Assembly (NCBI GenBank): GCA_965649765.1
Contig: OZ287752.1
Location: 42,160,001-42,224,000, forward strand
From: Bispira polyomma
Lineage: Eukaryota
Direction of reading: 5' to 3'
Length of the DNA: 64,000 nt
Shown here: positions 36,797-51,800 of the stretch, piece by piece
How positions within the stretch are numbered: the stretch's first letter is position 1
How the letters are laid out: every line of letters begins with the position of its first letter
Program-made: the position numbers and the translations under genes
Notes under the pieces: model-generated
Databases searched by the model: none
What the model was told of the DNA's origin: nothing
The model's input: only the letters and a program-made list of their open reading frames with translations

Positions 36797-39700
36797 ATGG
36801 CTGAAGTAGACAAACCTGTGATTGGTGTGCCAGAGTTTGAGGATTTGAACCATACCAGTGGACTACCTCTGTTTGTCAAAGAAATGGCCCAGAAAGACTT
36901 CATCCTTGTGAGGGAACAAGAGATTTTGCAGGATAGCAGCCTATATGAGCGCATTGTGGGTGTACTGGCACACCCAGGCTGGAGGTTTATGACTCCAGGT
37001 GGAATGGATCAGCTGAAGGACTTACAGATAGTGTCCACAGTGAGTGCAGGCTATGAGCATCTGGACTTTGACTACTTAAAGAAGAGGAATATAAGGTAAG
37101 CAATGTACTATTTTCTTGCAGCTTGACAATAACTGTTTTATAGTTATATATACTGCTAGCATGTGCAATAGGGACATAGGCGCGCATTATAGGCATAGCA
37201 ACTTTTTTCAGAAAAAATAACTTTGTAATTTTGTCAGAAAATGGTTGCTATCCAGTGGTATGATATTGTAAACATTTATGTAAAGAAAATATGTAAATAT
37301 CTACAAAATTTATACTGGGTAAAACCATACTGTGCCCTTATAGTCATAATGAAAAGGATAGCCGTTTTGTGGTAGCAGACCAGTTTAAGCCCCTGTGTAC
37401 TAATCAAAGCCAGATTGAAACAATAGTTATCTCTTCGTAGGAATCTACATTTTAAACAGATTTTTGGTCATACAAACATGCTACTGTAATACTGAATGTG
37501 ATATAATAATTACTTCTGTTTGCGCCATATTTAAAATAATATTTACAATAATTTACAAGGCGGGTGTCCATTAGTACATAGGCGTTAACTAGTCTGCCAC
37601 CACTATATATATTGTGGTGTTTTGGTAGAAATAAAGACATGTTCTTTCAAACCATGGTAAATATATGGGAGCAGTCACATATTTGTTCTCTAACTAGGTG
37701 AGGAATTTGAATATTATGATTATTTTTGAATATATATATAAGATGTAGATGCATTTTAATATTAGCCACTGAATGGTAATGATGATCTGTGGCGTACTTC
37801 TCTCTATTTCAGAGTTGGTTACACACCCAATGTACTCAATGACTGTGTGGCTGACGTTGCTATGACCTTGATACTTGCTAGTGCCAGAAAACTGAAACGA
37901 GGTAACGATAACCTTAGACTTAATGTTACGTTTTCAGAAATTATTGACATAAACATTACCTGTAAATGTTAACTAGCAAATAACAGTATAATAACAAGGG
38001 GACAGTGACCGCTTGCTGTCACAAAGCTCGAAGACATGTGTCTATCTGTCAACCTGTCTACCAAAAAGTAAAATAAACCAATATTATCTGTCTATCTACC
38101 AACGTATAAGTTACAAAAAAAATATCTGTCTACCTTCAAAACAATTCTCTATCTGTCGACCAATAACTTACCAAAAATATTATCAGTCAATCTCTCTAAA
38201 CGTCTACCTAAAAGTAAAATAAAATTATTTGTCAATCTGTTTACCTATAACTTACAAAAAGGCATTAGCTGTCAATCGGTGGACCTGTCTATTTAAAAGT
38301 AAAATTTAAAAAAATTATTTGTCGATCTGTCAACTTATAAGTTACAAAAAAGAAATTATCTGTCGACCTGTCAACTTATAAAAAGAATTATTATCTGTCT
38401 ACCTTTCGATTTGTCAACCTGTCTACCTAAAAGTCAAATTGAAAAAAATTACCTTTCTATCATTGCTACAGGCTCGTTTTGATGAGAGCAGAATGACCAG
38501 TTCAATGGAAATGTCACCCTTCAACAACAAAGTAAATATTTTTACAAAGAATAAATACTTTTGCCTCTTCTGTCAAAATGTAAGGGCATTATTTAGATTA
38601 TTAACTGCAAAATGAAATATTTCATATCTTTTGGTAGCTCACAGAAGTTGCTTTGTTGACCTACAACTTCATCTTTATTGTTGAGGGTCAATGTCTGTTA
38701 GTATGGAGTGATATCATTGGTTACTGTATCAGTGATTCTGATTAGCTGACCACACACATGTGACACAATAATAAACATGGTATAGTTGGGAAAGCACATG
38801 GACATAAACTAGTACATGGTTTAGGTCGATCGAGTCATTGTTTACAATAAATAAACCGAAAATAGACGGACATATTATAACATCAAAGGTGATATAAGGT
38901 ATTTTAGTTTAAAATATTTACTTGGCATTTAAGGAATTTTAAAACGGATTTTTTAAATGGCCCATTTCAAATATTCTGTAATTTTTTACCGACATATATT
39001 TACCGTGGACAAGAAATTAAAATAACTGAACTATTTGTGACTATGAAGGTTATATATTATTAAGGTTATATATTATTCTAGGAACAACAAATATTCTTCA
39101 CTGTGCAATATAACCCACCTCGTTTTATTTATTTTATGTTAAAGTGTTTTTATTTTTACTTTACAACACAGTATCCTTATATTTCTATATTGTTTGTCGA
39201 GGACGTAAAGCACATGTATATGAGCGAGAATGGAAGAATTTGATGCAAATTAGGCAATCTATCATCGTTAGGAGCACCCCAAAGCACCAACTTCCATATA
39301 AGGATAATAAACTGTTTCTGACCTTTGACTCGGCAGTAATCACTCACATATATTACCTAAAATCCGTGGCGTCTAGTTATATACTCGCAGGCAGTACCTC
39401 AAGTTCCCTGATTGGCGGATTAAAATTTTTTATTGTAAGTAATCTCGCCTAAGTTTTGAAGCGTAGACGTGGTGTATTATGCAACACTACGACCATTCAT
39501 ATATTTGCAAAAGATATAAAACAATCAAATACTTTATATCTCCTTCATATAAAACACTGTAGTTAAATAATATTTCCTTCTATCGTGGATTCAACAGGTG
39601 ATTATTGTTTACAATATACAGACTGTAGTGTGCCGACTTTTCTATTTTTTTTATTTGGATATTTAACGTCCACTCTACTACCTGTTTAGGTTATATTGGG

Positions 39701-42700
39701 ACGGGTAGTTGGAAATGGTGGAGGAAACACTGCATACAGTTAATCAAGGTTCTGCACTGAAACCAGCGGCCCACAGTAAGGAACTACCACCTTTCCCACA
39801 TAGGCATCGACTGGATTCGAACTCACGCCGCCCAGAGGTGAGAGACCAGTGATTGTGAGTAGTGTGCCGACCTCTAGTGGAGCAAGCCCAAACCATTCTA
39901 ATTGAAATCAATTAATCTTATTTGGGAGGTCTGACCTTTGAATTATATTGCTTGACCTACTGCGCACGCACATCAGAAACGGCCCAGATTTTAAGCCAAT
40001 GACTGTCTCGCATGATATAATGAGGTCGGTCGCCATATTTGATCATTGTTTACAACTATTTAATACTACAAATATGGCCGTTATGAAAGCTATCAAAGTC
40101 TCGCAAACTAACGAAATTTTAATGGATTGAAGCAACTGTATGTGCATATAAGGTAATACTTTGTCAAACTTTTAAAAGTATTTTCATTGAATCAAGGCAA
40201 TTTCTTCTCTATTCGCCACTTCTCGTTCATCGTTTTAAAAAATGGAATTCATCTTCCGTTTAATGTTTTTTTTGTTCACAAAAAACACACTGCAGTGTGC
40301 CAACCTCTAGCTGTAAAAACCAAAGTCGAAAGGCATATGTTCTGGCAACTAAGAAATTGCATATATACCGTTGGTATGTTATATAAATCGTATATATATC
40401 CCAAACCCTAGTCTTTGTCACCTATATAAATGCCTTTTAAAACCTACGACCATGATTGGCCCACTAAAAATGGACATAACAAAATATGCGGTAATTGCGA
40501 GGTCAAAGGTAAAATCTTATTTTATAAACAAAATAAAAAAAAAAAAATATTTTAAGGCTTTCCCCTTCGAGATAATAAGATGAAGAGTTATTGATACACA
40601 ACCGTTTCCAACTTTCTGTATCACTAACTAGGTAACCTCCATGAATCAATGGTGAATGTCACATTTTGACAAGCACCCTAAATGTCTGCATGTCAAATCA
40701 AGTATATTGGTTTTGTACATGGTGTCCTCCGGTCAACGTTAGTGTGTAAAATCAGTAAATGTTTTGGAGAGAGTATCCATCATCGCCATTAAGAGTCCAT
40801 AATCATGAGCAATATTTTTGTTAAATGTATTTAAAAAAACTTCAACATTAACATGTTGAGCTTGCATGACCCATAATCAAAATTTGCCAGCATACAGTGT
40901 CCAGTACAACCCAGACGGAAGCAGTAAGCTTAGCTAAGTTAAAATTTAACTTCCAACTTCTAAATGTGTGGGGGCTATGTTGGCCTTATAGTTACAAGCA
41001 CCTGCTTCAAATCACTGGCCTCTCACCAATGTGGGTTTGAATCCTGTTTGTGCCTCATGTGGGAAAATTTGTCAGGTACTTGCCATAGATCGTGATTTCT
41101 TGATGACCTAAGCTGTTGAAAGACGTAAAACTCAACTAAATTTAAATTAAAAATTGAAGCTCAAATCCCCATAGATCCGACTGGGGCAAAGTTAATTAAA
41201 TCTGCATGCATATTTGAATTCATCTTTGAAATTCTCTTATCTAAATAAATGGTTGCAAATTTTGATTATGTCTATGTACAAGGACTTTCAGATAGTCTTC
41301 ATTTGAACAGAGTTTGAGCTTAACTTTCTTTTGAGAATACAGGTCCAGAACTCCATTTAAACTCCCCTGCTACCCGAGGTGTCACTTTTAGGCAGTCTCC
41401 ACCTATTGGGTAGAGTCTGAGGAAGACTTGGTATATTGTATTTGCAGGTCTGACAGAATCCATGGGTAGACAAGAGATCAAAGCCTTCACTAACACACTA
41501 GGGGAGTTTGGACAGAAGGTGACGGGGTCTACCCTGGGCATTGTGGGCATGGGAGGCATTGGCTTGGAAATAGCAAAACGATCCATGGGTTTTAGAATGA
41601 AAGTCGTATATCACAACAGAAACAAGAGGTGGGTTAGAGTCTTTACAACTGTTGACACCTTGAATGGAGTGCATATTAGTGTCCAACAGTTAACCTCTCC
41701 TTCCATAGAGCCGACCACTATTACCCAGGTCAATACTTATTCTATCACTTTGACTAAGGTGACCAATATTTATGCTACCCATGAATGAAAAATGTGGTCA
41801 GCTATTAGCCTTAATACAGACTAGTAAAAGGTATGTGTTTAATGATAGAATATTAATTTTCCACAAAATTGGCCACAAAACATCATACCTCAATACTCTG
41901 GTTAGCTGCTAATTATCAACTGTCTGCTATAATTGGTCAGCTACATGGCAATCAAGGGTTAATTACTACTCAAATGTATCTATTGCCTGAATGTTAAGGT
42001 CTAACCGACGTATTAAAACATCTTCTGCTCTTTCATAGACTATTTAACCCAGTCCAACACTGAAAGTAAATGTTTTCTCCACTAAATGTCACTTTGGATA
42101 ATAGGTACTTTTAATATAGAACTACAAAGTCACAGCTTTTAACTGACCTAATTGTTTCAAGAGTACATGTCTCTCCTGTGTAAGCTTTCACCTTAGAATG
42201 CTGCCACAAGTATGGTTGCAAAACTGGACCTTAGGTAAATATTTTGCCCATTATAAGCAATGATTCAAAGCTACATGCATCATTTTTGACGACAATGCAT
42301 CCTGCAATGAACTTGTTGTCAGATAAAGATAAATTATCCCCCCCTCCCAATTACCATTTGCCAGGAGTTTAACCAGGAAACCTCTGTCACCGGACCAATT
42401 ATCTAACCTACAGGCTACACACCATATTGCCATAATGCTCACAGCAAAAGACCATCATGAACCCTTTTTTGACTAGCAGCAGACAGTATTTGTTCCTCCC
42501 AGAACACATGTCGACAAGCTTGCGACACCCAAAAAAACTTAAGTGAGGCCTTTATTGAATGCCGGAAGTAGTCTATTGTGTGCGTTTTAGTGACTTCAGC
42601 TATCTGCAACATATTAGGCAAAAAGAATTCCCTTCAGATCCTGACGATAGATAGTTTTATCTTGACAGTGAATCATGAATAAAGCTAATTCTTTTACCCA

Positions 42701-43931
42701 GGTCAGATGACAGCGAGGTGAATGCTGAGCATTACCCGTCTCTCCATGCCATGCTGCCCAGGTGTGACTTTGTGGTCATAGCCTGTCCCATGAGTCCAGC
42801 AACTAAGAAACTCTTCAGCACCAAAGAGTTCCAGCTCATGAAGAAAACTGCCATCATTGTGAATATTGCACGCGGTAAGCTGAGAACATATGTGTCAATG
42901 TGTACTCTGTTTGTATCTCTTTGTGTATAGGTTTTTACTTTGATAAAATTTAAGCATTTATTAACATTTTTCAACTAGTGCAGGTAATATGTGTTGCATG
43001 CTATAAAAATTTTCTTAATGCAATATACAACAAAGACTATACTTTATATTGATCAAGTTGAAACTTTAGTACAACTAAAAATTATACTGATTTGGACGTG
43101 TTAATAGTCTTATACAAATGCACATAAAGACTGCTGAAATGTGAAAATCCAGTGTATTGTGCAACAAGGAATAAATAACTGGTCACACAAAATTATAAAC
43201 AATGACCTTGTCGGTGGCCCTTTATTAACGTCCCCAAAGGTCCCTCTCTTCTATTTTCTAAAAAAAAGATACTTGTGTGGGATCACGGTGGTCTAGTGGT
43301 TACAAGTAAGCGTTTGATAATCACTGGTCTTTCATCAATTGTTAGTTTGAATCCCGTTCATTCCTTTATGTGGGCCAGTTTTCAGGTATTTGTCGTAGGT
43401 CAGTGGTTTATAGTGCTTTAGTATTGGTTTCTTCCACCATTAAATCTGGCCGTCGTGATATGACCTAAGATGTTCATAAAATTTAGCCTGCCACTAGAAA
43501 TGAGACCCAATAAAAGAAGACCACCATCTTAAGTTATCATCTGGGCCACTATGTATGTGCCTGTATTTGGTTGTTCCAGGCTGTGATCAAACCCAGGGCC
43601 TTGACATTCCTGAGTGATAATGTTACCCATTAAGCCACAGTGGCATATAAATACTGATACAAACTTCTTACTTCCAGGTGGTATCGTTGATCACCTTGCT
43701 TTGGCCTGTGCCATCAAATCCGGAGAAATCGGTGGTGCAGGACTAGATGTCACAGATCCAGAACCACTGCCGAGGGATCACCCACTACTACAGCTGGACA
43801 ATGTCACCATCTTACCACATGTAGGGTCCAGAACAGTCCAGACCAGGAAGATGATGTTCCAGCTGGGATTGGATAATCTGAAAGCATGCTTGATAGACAA
43901 AGCTCCTCTACCCAGTGAATTAAAGTTATAG
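36797..43931 (+). CDS. D-isomer-specific 2-hydroxyacid dehydrogenase, glyoxylate/hydroxypyruvate reductase-like (331 aa)
   Basis: Exons 36797-37095, 37813-37901, 41448-41628, 42702-42874, 43678-43931 (996 nt). Motifs include SAGYEHLD, VGYTPNVL, Rossmann GIVGMGGIG, YHNR (suggests NADP preference), catalytic NIARG, GLDVTDPEPLP and LPHVGS. Confidence 0.92.
38035..38460. repeat. Degenerate ~35-45 bp tandem repeat in dehydrogenase intron 2
   Basis: Recurring tctgtc(a/t)acctgtctacc...aaaagtaaaat...ttatctgtc units. Confidence 0.65.
39653..39860 (-). mobile_element. tRNA-derived SINE, young subfamily
   Basis: Highly similar to 45171-45413 (gaaaccagcggcccacagtaaggaactaccacctttcccacataggcatc). Confidence 0.8.
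40970..41140 (+). mobile_element. tRNA-derived SINE
   Basis: Head ggggctatgttggcc...gggtttgaatcc and tail gacctaagctgttgaaagacgtaaaac. Confidence 0.7.
43279..43476 (+). mobile_element. tRNA-derived SINE (MetaSINE-like body)
   Basis: A-box ggtggtctagtggtt, B-box-like gtttgaatccc, and body ggtttcttccaccattaaatctggccgtcgtgatatgacctaa. Confidence 0.7.
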
Positions 43932-44145
43932 TCAACATAATACCTTAGGCTTTCATCAGTTTAATATTTGTGTTACATATTTTTATCGGATGTAGACTAC
44001 TATGACTGGTGCTCAACAAAAAAGGTTTATCTTAATAGTTTGTCATAACTTAATGCTAAACATGTCATATACTTATATGTAGATTATTATTAAAAACAAA
44101 ATAGCTCATGGTTTCAGGTTTAAATAATGATTTTGATTTTATTTG

Positions 44146-44372
44146 ATTTTGGGTTTAATGTCGCTTTCAATACATTGTATATGTCACCTCATGATGGGCA
44201 GTTTCAGTGCTGGAGGAAACCAGTGAATAATAGGTGGTCGAGCTTCTACACTGGAAACCAGCGACTATTGACAAGTAACTGCCAATTTTTCCACTCAAAA
44301 ACCAGGCCAAGTATCGCTCCGGGACCATAGAGGTGGGAGGCGAGTTTGTTCACACTACGCCACCAAGGGCCT
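44146..44372 (-). mobile_element. tRNA-derived SINE
   Basis: Minus-strand head ggcccttggtggcgtagtg...ctcgcctcccacctct and tail tgaaagcgacattaaaccc. Confidence 0.65.
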
Positions 44373-45170
44373 GTTTAAAAAATTATCAATACAGTTTCTA
44401 GGGTTCCAATACATATTTTCAGCCAAATGAGACTGATAAATGCATATACTTACACACAAGTTGTTAAAGAGAGTAGCCATAAAATTGACATGGAAAGAGC
44501 CAGTTTAAAAGTAAAGGGCATGTCTTAAAGCTCCAAATCCGGACCAACAAGGATAAACTTTAACATTAAACCAAACTCTTAAGGTTTTTGCCAGACTAAC
44601 CAGGCCTGAATCAGCAGCTTGTGAACTTGTACGAGATACAATATCTTGTAATTGTCCACTGATTACAGGCATGTCCATACATGTACATTTACATATTAAT
44701 ACACAGGGTAAAGGAAACATCACTATTGGAATAGACCACAGAAATTATTATTTTTCCACATGGGATTCTACCATGTATTTTAATAAACTACGAACATAGT
44801 GAAGATCTCTGTCTTGTACTGTTGTATATTACCATGCTTAAACCTCAATCTGCTGTATCTGGAATTCTGGGTTTTGGAACTTACAATTTACAAAAACTAT
44901 AAATAAGAATCTGCCAGTGGCGTAGGCCATTAAAGCCTTCAACCCCTGCCGTTGGCTTTCATCTTTGATATGCATGTACGGAAATTGACAGTTGATTTGC
45001 TGAAGAGTGGTGGTTTGTAGTGCAGAGAACCTTTACTAATTATCCTACACTGCTTTTCCCCACCGATAAACTGCCAATTCTTCCAGTTTAGGCTTTGGTA
45101 ACTTCACATTGAAAAATTATTATCTGCCAATTTTTTCACGCATTTAATAATGTCAAATTTTTTTTTTTTA

Positions 45171-45413
45171 ATTTGGATATTTAACGTCTCTTCTAGTACC
45201 TGTTTAGGTTATATTGGGACGGGTAGTTGAAAATGCTGGAGGACACACTGCAAACAGTTGATCAAGGTTCTACACTGAAACCAGCGGCCCACAGTAAGGA
45301 ACTACCACCTTTCCCACATAGGCATCAACGGGATTCAAATTCACGCCGCCCAGAGGTGAGAGACCAGTGATTGTGAAGCGCAATGCTTGCTTACCACTGG
45401 GCCAACGCGGCCC
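45171..45413 (-). mobile_element. tRNA-derived SINE, near full length
   Basis: Minus-strand head gggccgcgttggcccagtggtaagc. Near-identical to 39653-39860, with an A-rich tail. Confidence 0.8.
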
Positions 45414-48229
45414 TATTTAATAATGTCAAACATGGCCGTTTAAATAAGCTAATGTGAACATAACAGTCACTCAGTATAGGTTAGTATCCATGTTAGTGTT
45501 CACTCTTTAAAAATATAAATATAGTTGGTGAGATCCCGAGTGAACAATTAATGTGGACTCTTAGCAACATAAATTATAGTTTTTTAACGTGCATACAATC
45601 TTATACTCCTATATAGCTCATATGCCATTCATTTTTATGGCTTTTTTTAATGCCATGAATAACTGTACTCTTTAAAAATTGGGTATTCTTTTTCAATGGA
45701 AAAATCCTCAGATGTAATTTAATTTCAACAAGACATTACATCATCAGCATTTAAACTGTGCTTTATTTTATTAAACACTACACACAACTATAAGAGCACT
45801 TTGTAAAGCGCACCACTCAACCAAGCAGCCACAGTGGCCCCAAATTGCATGGATTCTTTCTTGGACCTCATCTCTTCACTAAACTTTATGTCAATCGGTT
45901 CAGTAGTTTATATGTAATCCTGTTGACAAAGACACTAACTGGAAAGGTCCAAGAGTATCCTATTTATCATAGGTAATAATAGGTCGTAAGATGGCAAAAT
46001 ACCGATTGGTTTATCAATATGTGCTCATATATGACATTGTATAAATGATGACATTATAGAACTACTTTCGGCAAAGCAACTTGTTTAGCAACAAGAAAGG
46101 ATCAGCTTTGTTAGTTTTCGAATGTCACTTAACCTATCTTGGGTAAACCTGGAATTCCTATCCCTTTTTGTTTGTCCATAACAAGACATAAATTAAAGTA
46201 AACCACATACGTGGTGTTGCAAACCATATAAAACTTACGACAAATAAAGTATATGATCTCCATATTATTGTATTATTATTTATTTTTATACAATGTGGAT
46301 TTCGCATACGTCTCGTACGCATTTCCACTCAAGTACGAGTTTGTTTGACGCAAGATGTTATAGCAACGGAACGTCACAAAACTGCTAGGTTAAATTATGG
46401 CTGTCCATTTCATGTAACACTACTGCATATATTGTACATAGCTTGGGAATATATATTCTCTATATGAAAATATTCTTAATCATGACTATAAATAACAGAA
46501 TTCTATCTTAAAATAAAAGACTATAAGTATTTGACACCAGTGGAAATAAATCTCTGCCAATTATTTTTCCAAAACCACTTCTCATATGATACATTTCTGA
46601 CTGAATGTTCTTTAAGGATAACTTACAATTTCAAAATGGAAAAATACTCTGTTGCAAAAGACATACATGTATATTCATGGCCATGGTAGATTTAGTTATG
46701 GAAATTCACTTCAGCATATTTCAAGAGATATATAGAGAATGATTTCTATGTGTAAATGAACCGTAGATTCTACTTACAAAGAAAAACCAAAATGGAGGCC
46801 TTCTGTGGAAAAGCCAGTTTTATGTAGAGTACATGTACAGACAGAACGAAAAGAGAGGCTCTCAACAAGCGCTGAGAAGTGGCATAAAACCAGACCGCCA
46901 CCAATAACACATAAAGGAGACCTTATAGTGGCAGGCTATAGAACACACACTGGCTGATAGTGGAAGCTAGCCTTATCCCAAGGCTCTGGTTTACCTCTAG
47001 AAATAGTCTCTTAAATCACTTGGTCGGATAATAGAGGTTCTACTCTCTGTAGTTAGTATATGTATATTACTACAAAATCAGTGCTGAACATATTGGTGTC
47101 CTTAACGAGCTGTTGTTTTGTTAAATGTTTGTTAAAAGAATAAGTAGTACTTAGTGTCATTAGATGTTCCATATCGTAAAGTGTATACTATTCGTACTAC
47201 AGAGATTTTATAGAGGTGTTTGTGTTTCTTAAATTCAAATAAATGTGGAATTTCCTTATTTTAATCGGTATGCAGCATTACTAAATAACTTTTTTGTAAA
47301 ATATCTCATTGCAAAAAGACTTTTTATACTCGTATTTTTGGATTGTTGCGTTATTCTAAATGAAATGTATCTAAACAAAATATTTGAAGAAAATAAATGG
47401 TCTAAACAATTCTTGGTACCCCATCTGAGTGCCTTAATTTAAGAGAACATATACAAACGTAAAGTAAATAAAACTAATTTATATTCCCTCACACAAAGTA
47501 AAGGTGTCTAACTTTATGTAAAGCTTCAGATTATTTTATAAGAAACTATAAATCCTAACCATTCTAGAATTTGTAGGTATAGACCAAGTTTTGTCCACCT
47601 GAAAAGACAAAATAAAGTAATTTATTGAATAAGTCATAATATACGTTCTTTACTTCCACAAAGGGTTTCAATCTTACTTCTGACATTATGAAAAGAATCC
47701 CCTAATAAAAAGTTCCATTGATTGATTTCTTTCCCCCAAAAAATATTCATAAATTAAATTTTTATTAAAAAAAAGGTTCATTTGAGGTGAAATTTGAGAC
47801 TTGTGGTAAGGCTACCTTATGTTGGTGTGTTTAATATTCCAGCACTTAGCCGCTTAAGTTGGCCTTCTGAGGGCCAGAGCCAGCCAAACAAACTAAGTTA
47901 ATATTGTGGTCGTATTGTCTAGGCTTTCAGTGTGAGCGCTTATGGCCACCTTATTGATCGAGTGTGAGGGAGCCTAGGCCTTTTGTGAGAGCAAACACAC
48001 ACATACACACACAGATACTGGCTTTCCACCACAAATGTGTTCTACCACTGCAGATAGTTACGATGTCAATAACTGGCTGGTTTTAAGGTTGCTTCAACTT
48101 TCAGTGTGTGAATATAAGCGGGAGTGAGCGATAAAGTGATTTCTTTCTCTGGCGGAGAGTGGGTTGAGGTGTGCGGATTTTCAAAGATTTTTCGACTCGG
48201 TTTTAAAATACCGGGGCTTTAAACTCGCC

Positions 48230-48860
48230 ATGAACCAGGCAGAAATGGAGGCCATGGAGGAAAACCATGAATTGGAGGAAGAGGACGAAATGCTTCACGA
48301 CGAAGGAATAGAATATGAAGGGGACGAAATGATGGACGAAAATGGAGAATACCCTCAGTTTTCATTTCCCTCGTTTTCGCCGACGAGCAGAAAACGCGTG
48401 CGCTTGAGGAAACCCAATTTTAGTGAACAGTGTTTGGAACTCTTAATTCAACTGGTGAATGAACATCGGGATATACTCTACACCAAGCAGGCTTACACCA
48501 ATGAAGTCCACGAAAAGAAAATTATGGTGTGGACCCACATTACGTCCCAGATCAACGCCATCAGCTCCATTCCGAGGACAATGGAAGAGGTGGGTAAACT
48601 AAGATGGCCGTAGATCGGTTTTTGGTGGGGATATTTTCTCCCCCATTCAAATCATTGCATTACCAAGCTTCAGCCTCGTTTTGAGTCCCGCGAAAAACAA
48701 GGCTTTTCTCTCTTGATACTGAGTGGGAGCTGTTTTTTGTCTCTTAATGTGTGGTCAACATATTGTAAAAAAAATGGCTGCTTTGTGAGTGTTAGCTAGT
48801 ATCACAGGTACTTCTACACCTGTGTATATATACATATGGCTGTATACATATAGCTGGTGG

Positions 48861-48891
<31 letters not shown>

Positions 48892-51800
48892 GTGTACTTT
48901 ACTAAGTAAAGTACTCTAGATTGAATTATATTTAGCTGTGTACACTTTGTGTGAGTGTATATATTTGTGGAATAAGATATAGCAGACGAATATTAATGCA
49001 TTGCAATAGATGTATTTACATATTGATTTGTTAGATTCAGAAAGAACTATGTTTTCTGATAAACATTGCAAATATACTGTTATGGATTTAGTTTATGGTG
49101 TGTTAGTATTTCATAGTTTAAGAATATAACATTGCAAATATACTGTTATGGATTTAGTTTATGGTGTGTTAGTATTTCATAGTTTAAGAATATAATTGCA
49201 TTCAAATATAATTGGGCTTACTTTAGTAAGTAGATTTGTCATATTAAAGTCTACAAATATTTTTCTCTCCTGTATTTTTGAATGAGACTCGGGACTTGTG
49301 CTATATAGGAGTACATTATGTACTGTTACATTTTTTTACAGGTCAGAAAAAAGTGGAATGATTACAGTTATTACGTGAAAAAGAAGAGGGAATTGGCCAG
49401 AAGATCAATAGAGAAGGGCATTCCTTACCACAACCGCCAGGAGTCGGCTAAAATTCGGGACAGAGAGGACAGAGTGAGTACACTTCCATACTACACTGGT
49501 TTATTGGTAAACACTGAACAGTTATCATTATCTGTTACTCTTTTTGTGAAAATAGAATACCTACAGTCAAAGTTAGTGCATAACTGTATAAAAAATGTGA
49601 CTTTTGGGCGGCCTATATTATTTCACATTATATTCATTATTCATTTCTGACAAAAGAACACATTAATTTCTAATTTATGTACATTAAGATGTGTTAGTTA
49701 CTTAGTATTTCATAATTTCCCTTTACAAGTTTTGTGTATTTGGGTGGTGTAATAACCTAACTAGTAACTACCCAGTCAGACTTTGTGATGATATTATTTT
49801 TAGAATAGAAGTTGACACACCAGAATGTTACTTTGATCTAAACTGTCAAAATAATTATACAAAGATTACAATTGTTGTCCATTGTAGCCATATTAGTTTT
49901 GTATTTATAACTTCTTAATTATGAGAGGAAGTATTTGTTATGTTTTCTAAAATTATTGAATGGATAAAAAAAGAGAAAAGTCGCCAAAGTAGCCTTTAAA
50001 AGTTGGCCAGCTTCGTGTCATTCCTCTATTTCACCCGGCGTGTATCATACCTGGAGTTGTATCCGTCTTTAGAAACTACTGGTCTGCATGTTTTGTGCTA
50101 ACTTGAACCCAAGAGCTATGACCTTGTATTTAAAATATTTTGATACATAGGAAGTATTTACAAGAACGGTGTGCACCCTCATAAGTTACACTTTTGGCTT
50201 TGGAATAATGCCTCCATTGAGTATGTCCTGGCTGTGGCTATTTTATATATGTTGTGTTGTTTTTAATTTCTAATATATATGGGAGACCTATCACCTTGAT
50301 CAGTCACTTTCTACTTTTAACCAGTGCATTTAGAATGCAGGGTTCGCGCTTACGGCGTCCCGAGTATCTAAAAGCGTGGAATTTTCGTCAGCGGACGCAA
50401 ATTGAAACATACAATGCGTTCATTGGGACGCAGAATTTTAATTTATTTTAAAGTATGAAATCGCCATTTTCCCCTTTTAAGCCAATGCTTATTGTATATT
50501 TAGAACTTTAATTTCACTTTCTAGTGCACTAGCGGTCTCAGATATGGCAGATATTCATGTTTTGATTTGGTTCTTCCAGTATCTTCTTCCGGTCGTGGCG
50601 TTTCGAATGGATAGTTTCTAAACCTCAGAATACTGTTAGGGCCTGGGTGACACGAAAATTGCCTAACTTTTGTTAAATCACAGTTTAAGTACCTAAACTT
50701 TATTGCATGATTATAATTATGAAACTGAATGGTCAATAAGGCTTTACAATCGACTTGTTCTATCCAATTACACCACTGAGCCACAAATTATTTGGGGGGG
50801 GGGAGGGGGGGGAATTATTTTTTTGTTAAGCTGCAGCTTGTTAGATGTTTGGTCTAATTTCATGGGTAACATTTGTTTGTTTGGTGTTAAATTATATTTT
50901 TGGACATAGAAATATTAAATTTGTAGTGTTTGACTTAAATTTTCACATTCTATGTTATTATATTCTGTTGTTTGATAAGTGTTAAAATACAACATATATA
51001 TATTTTTATATTAAAATTATTGTATTTGTTACAATAATAAAAAAGATCTATCGGATGCATCAAAGCTACTCAAGGACCCCATTTTTTATGAGAGGTGGGG
51101 ACCCGTATACCCCACTTTGAAAACTTCTAGCACTAACCCCGAGAATGGTATTTGCCTGTATTTTTAACCACTTTTACTGATGCAGAAGTTTGAACCTTGT
51201 ACTACTCTGCTGTAACTCTTGTAGCATTCATTATTCCTTCACAGCTATGTACAAGTATTGATTATGTATTGACAGACTAAACGTTGTTTCTATATCAAAC
51301 ACAGTTTGCTGATATCACTTTTCTTTTCAGGTATTGGTTATAGTGGAGAATGCTCAGCTAGAGGCCATTGTTGGTAACATCGTTTGTGGTGACAGCGGCA
51401 ACAACCACGACAATATCAGCTCCCTGTTATTGGACGCAGCACAGCGGGCGAGAAAAGAGGCCAACTACGGTCCTAGTGGCAGCAACCAGAACCATCCTAG
51501 TGGAGGAGGAGGAGGAGGAGGGGGAGGGGGTACAGTGAGTAGCGGAGGTGCTGGTGGAATCGTCGAAGAAGCCAGCGGGTCGGAGGGCCCAACCAGCAGG
51601 ACGAGTAGTCCACCCGTCGAGAAGCCGCCGCAGCCTACACCCACGGGCAAGAAGGTCCGCTACCCCGGTGTAGGCTCGGGCAATTACCCGCGGCACATCA
51701 AGCTACCCCAGCCCATGTCTGACATGTCTGGCTTCTCCAATGGCCCGGCCGGCTATAGCAAGAAGTACGCCCAGCCGCATGATGTGCGCCGCTCAGGCCG

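Noticed and set aside
43917-43931. C-terminal -LKL as a peroxisomal PTS1
   Set aside because: Leu at position -3 does not fit the [SAC]-[KRH]-[LM] consensus.
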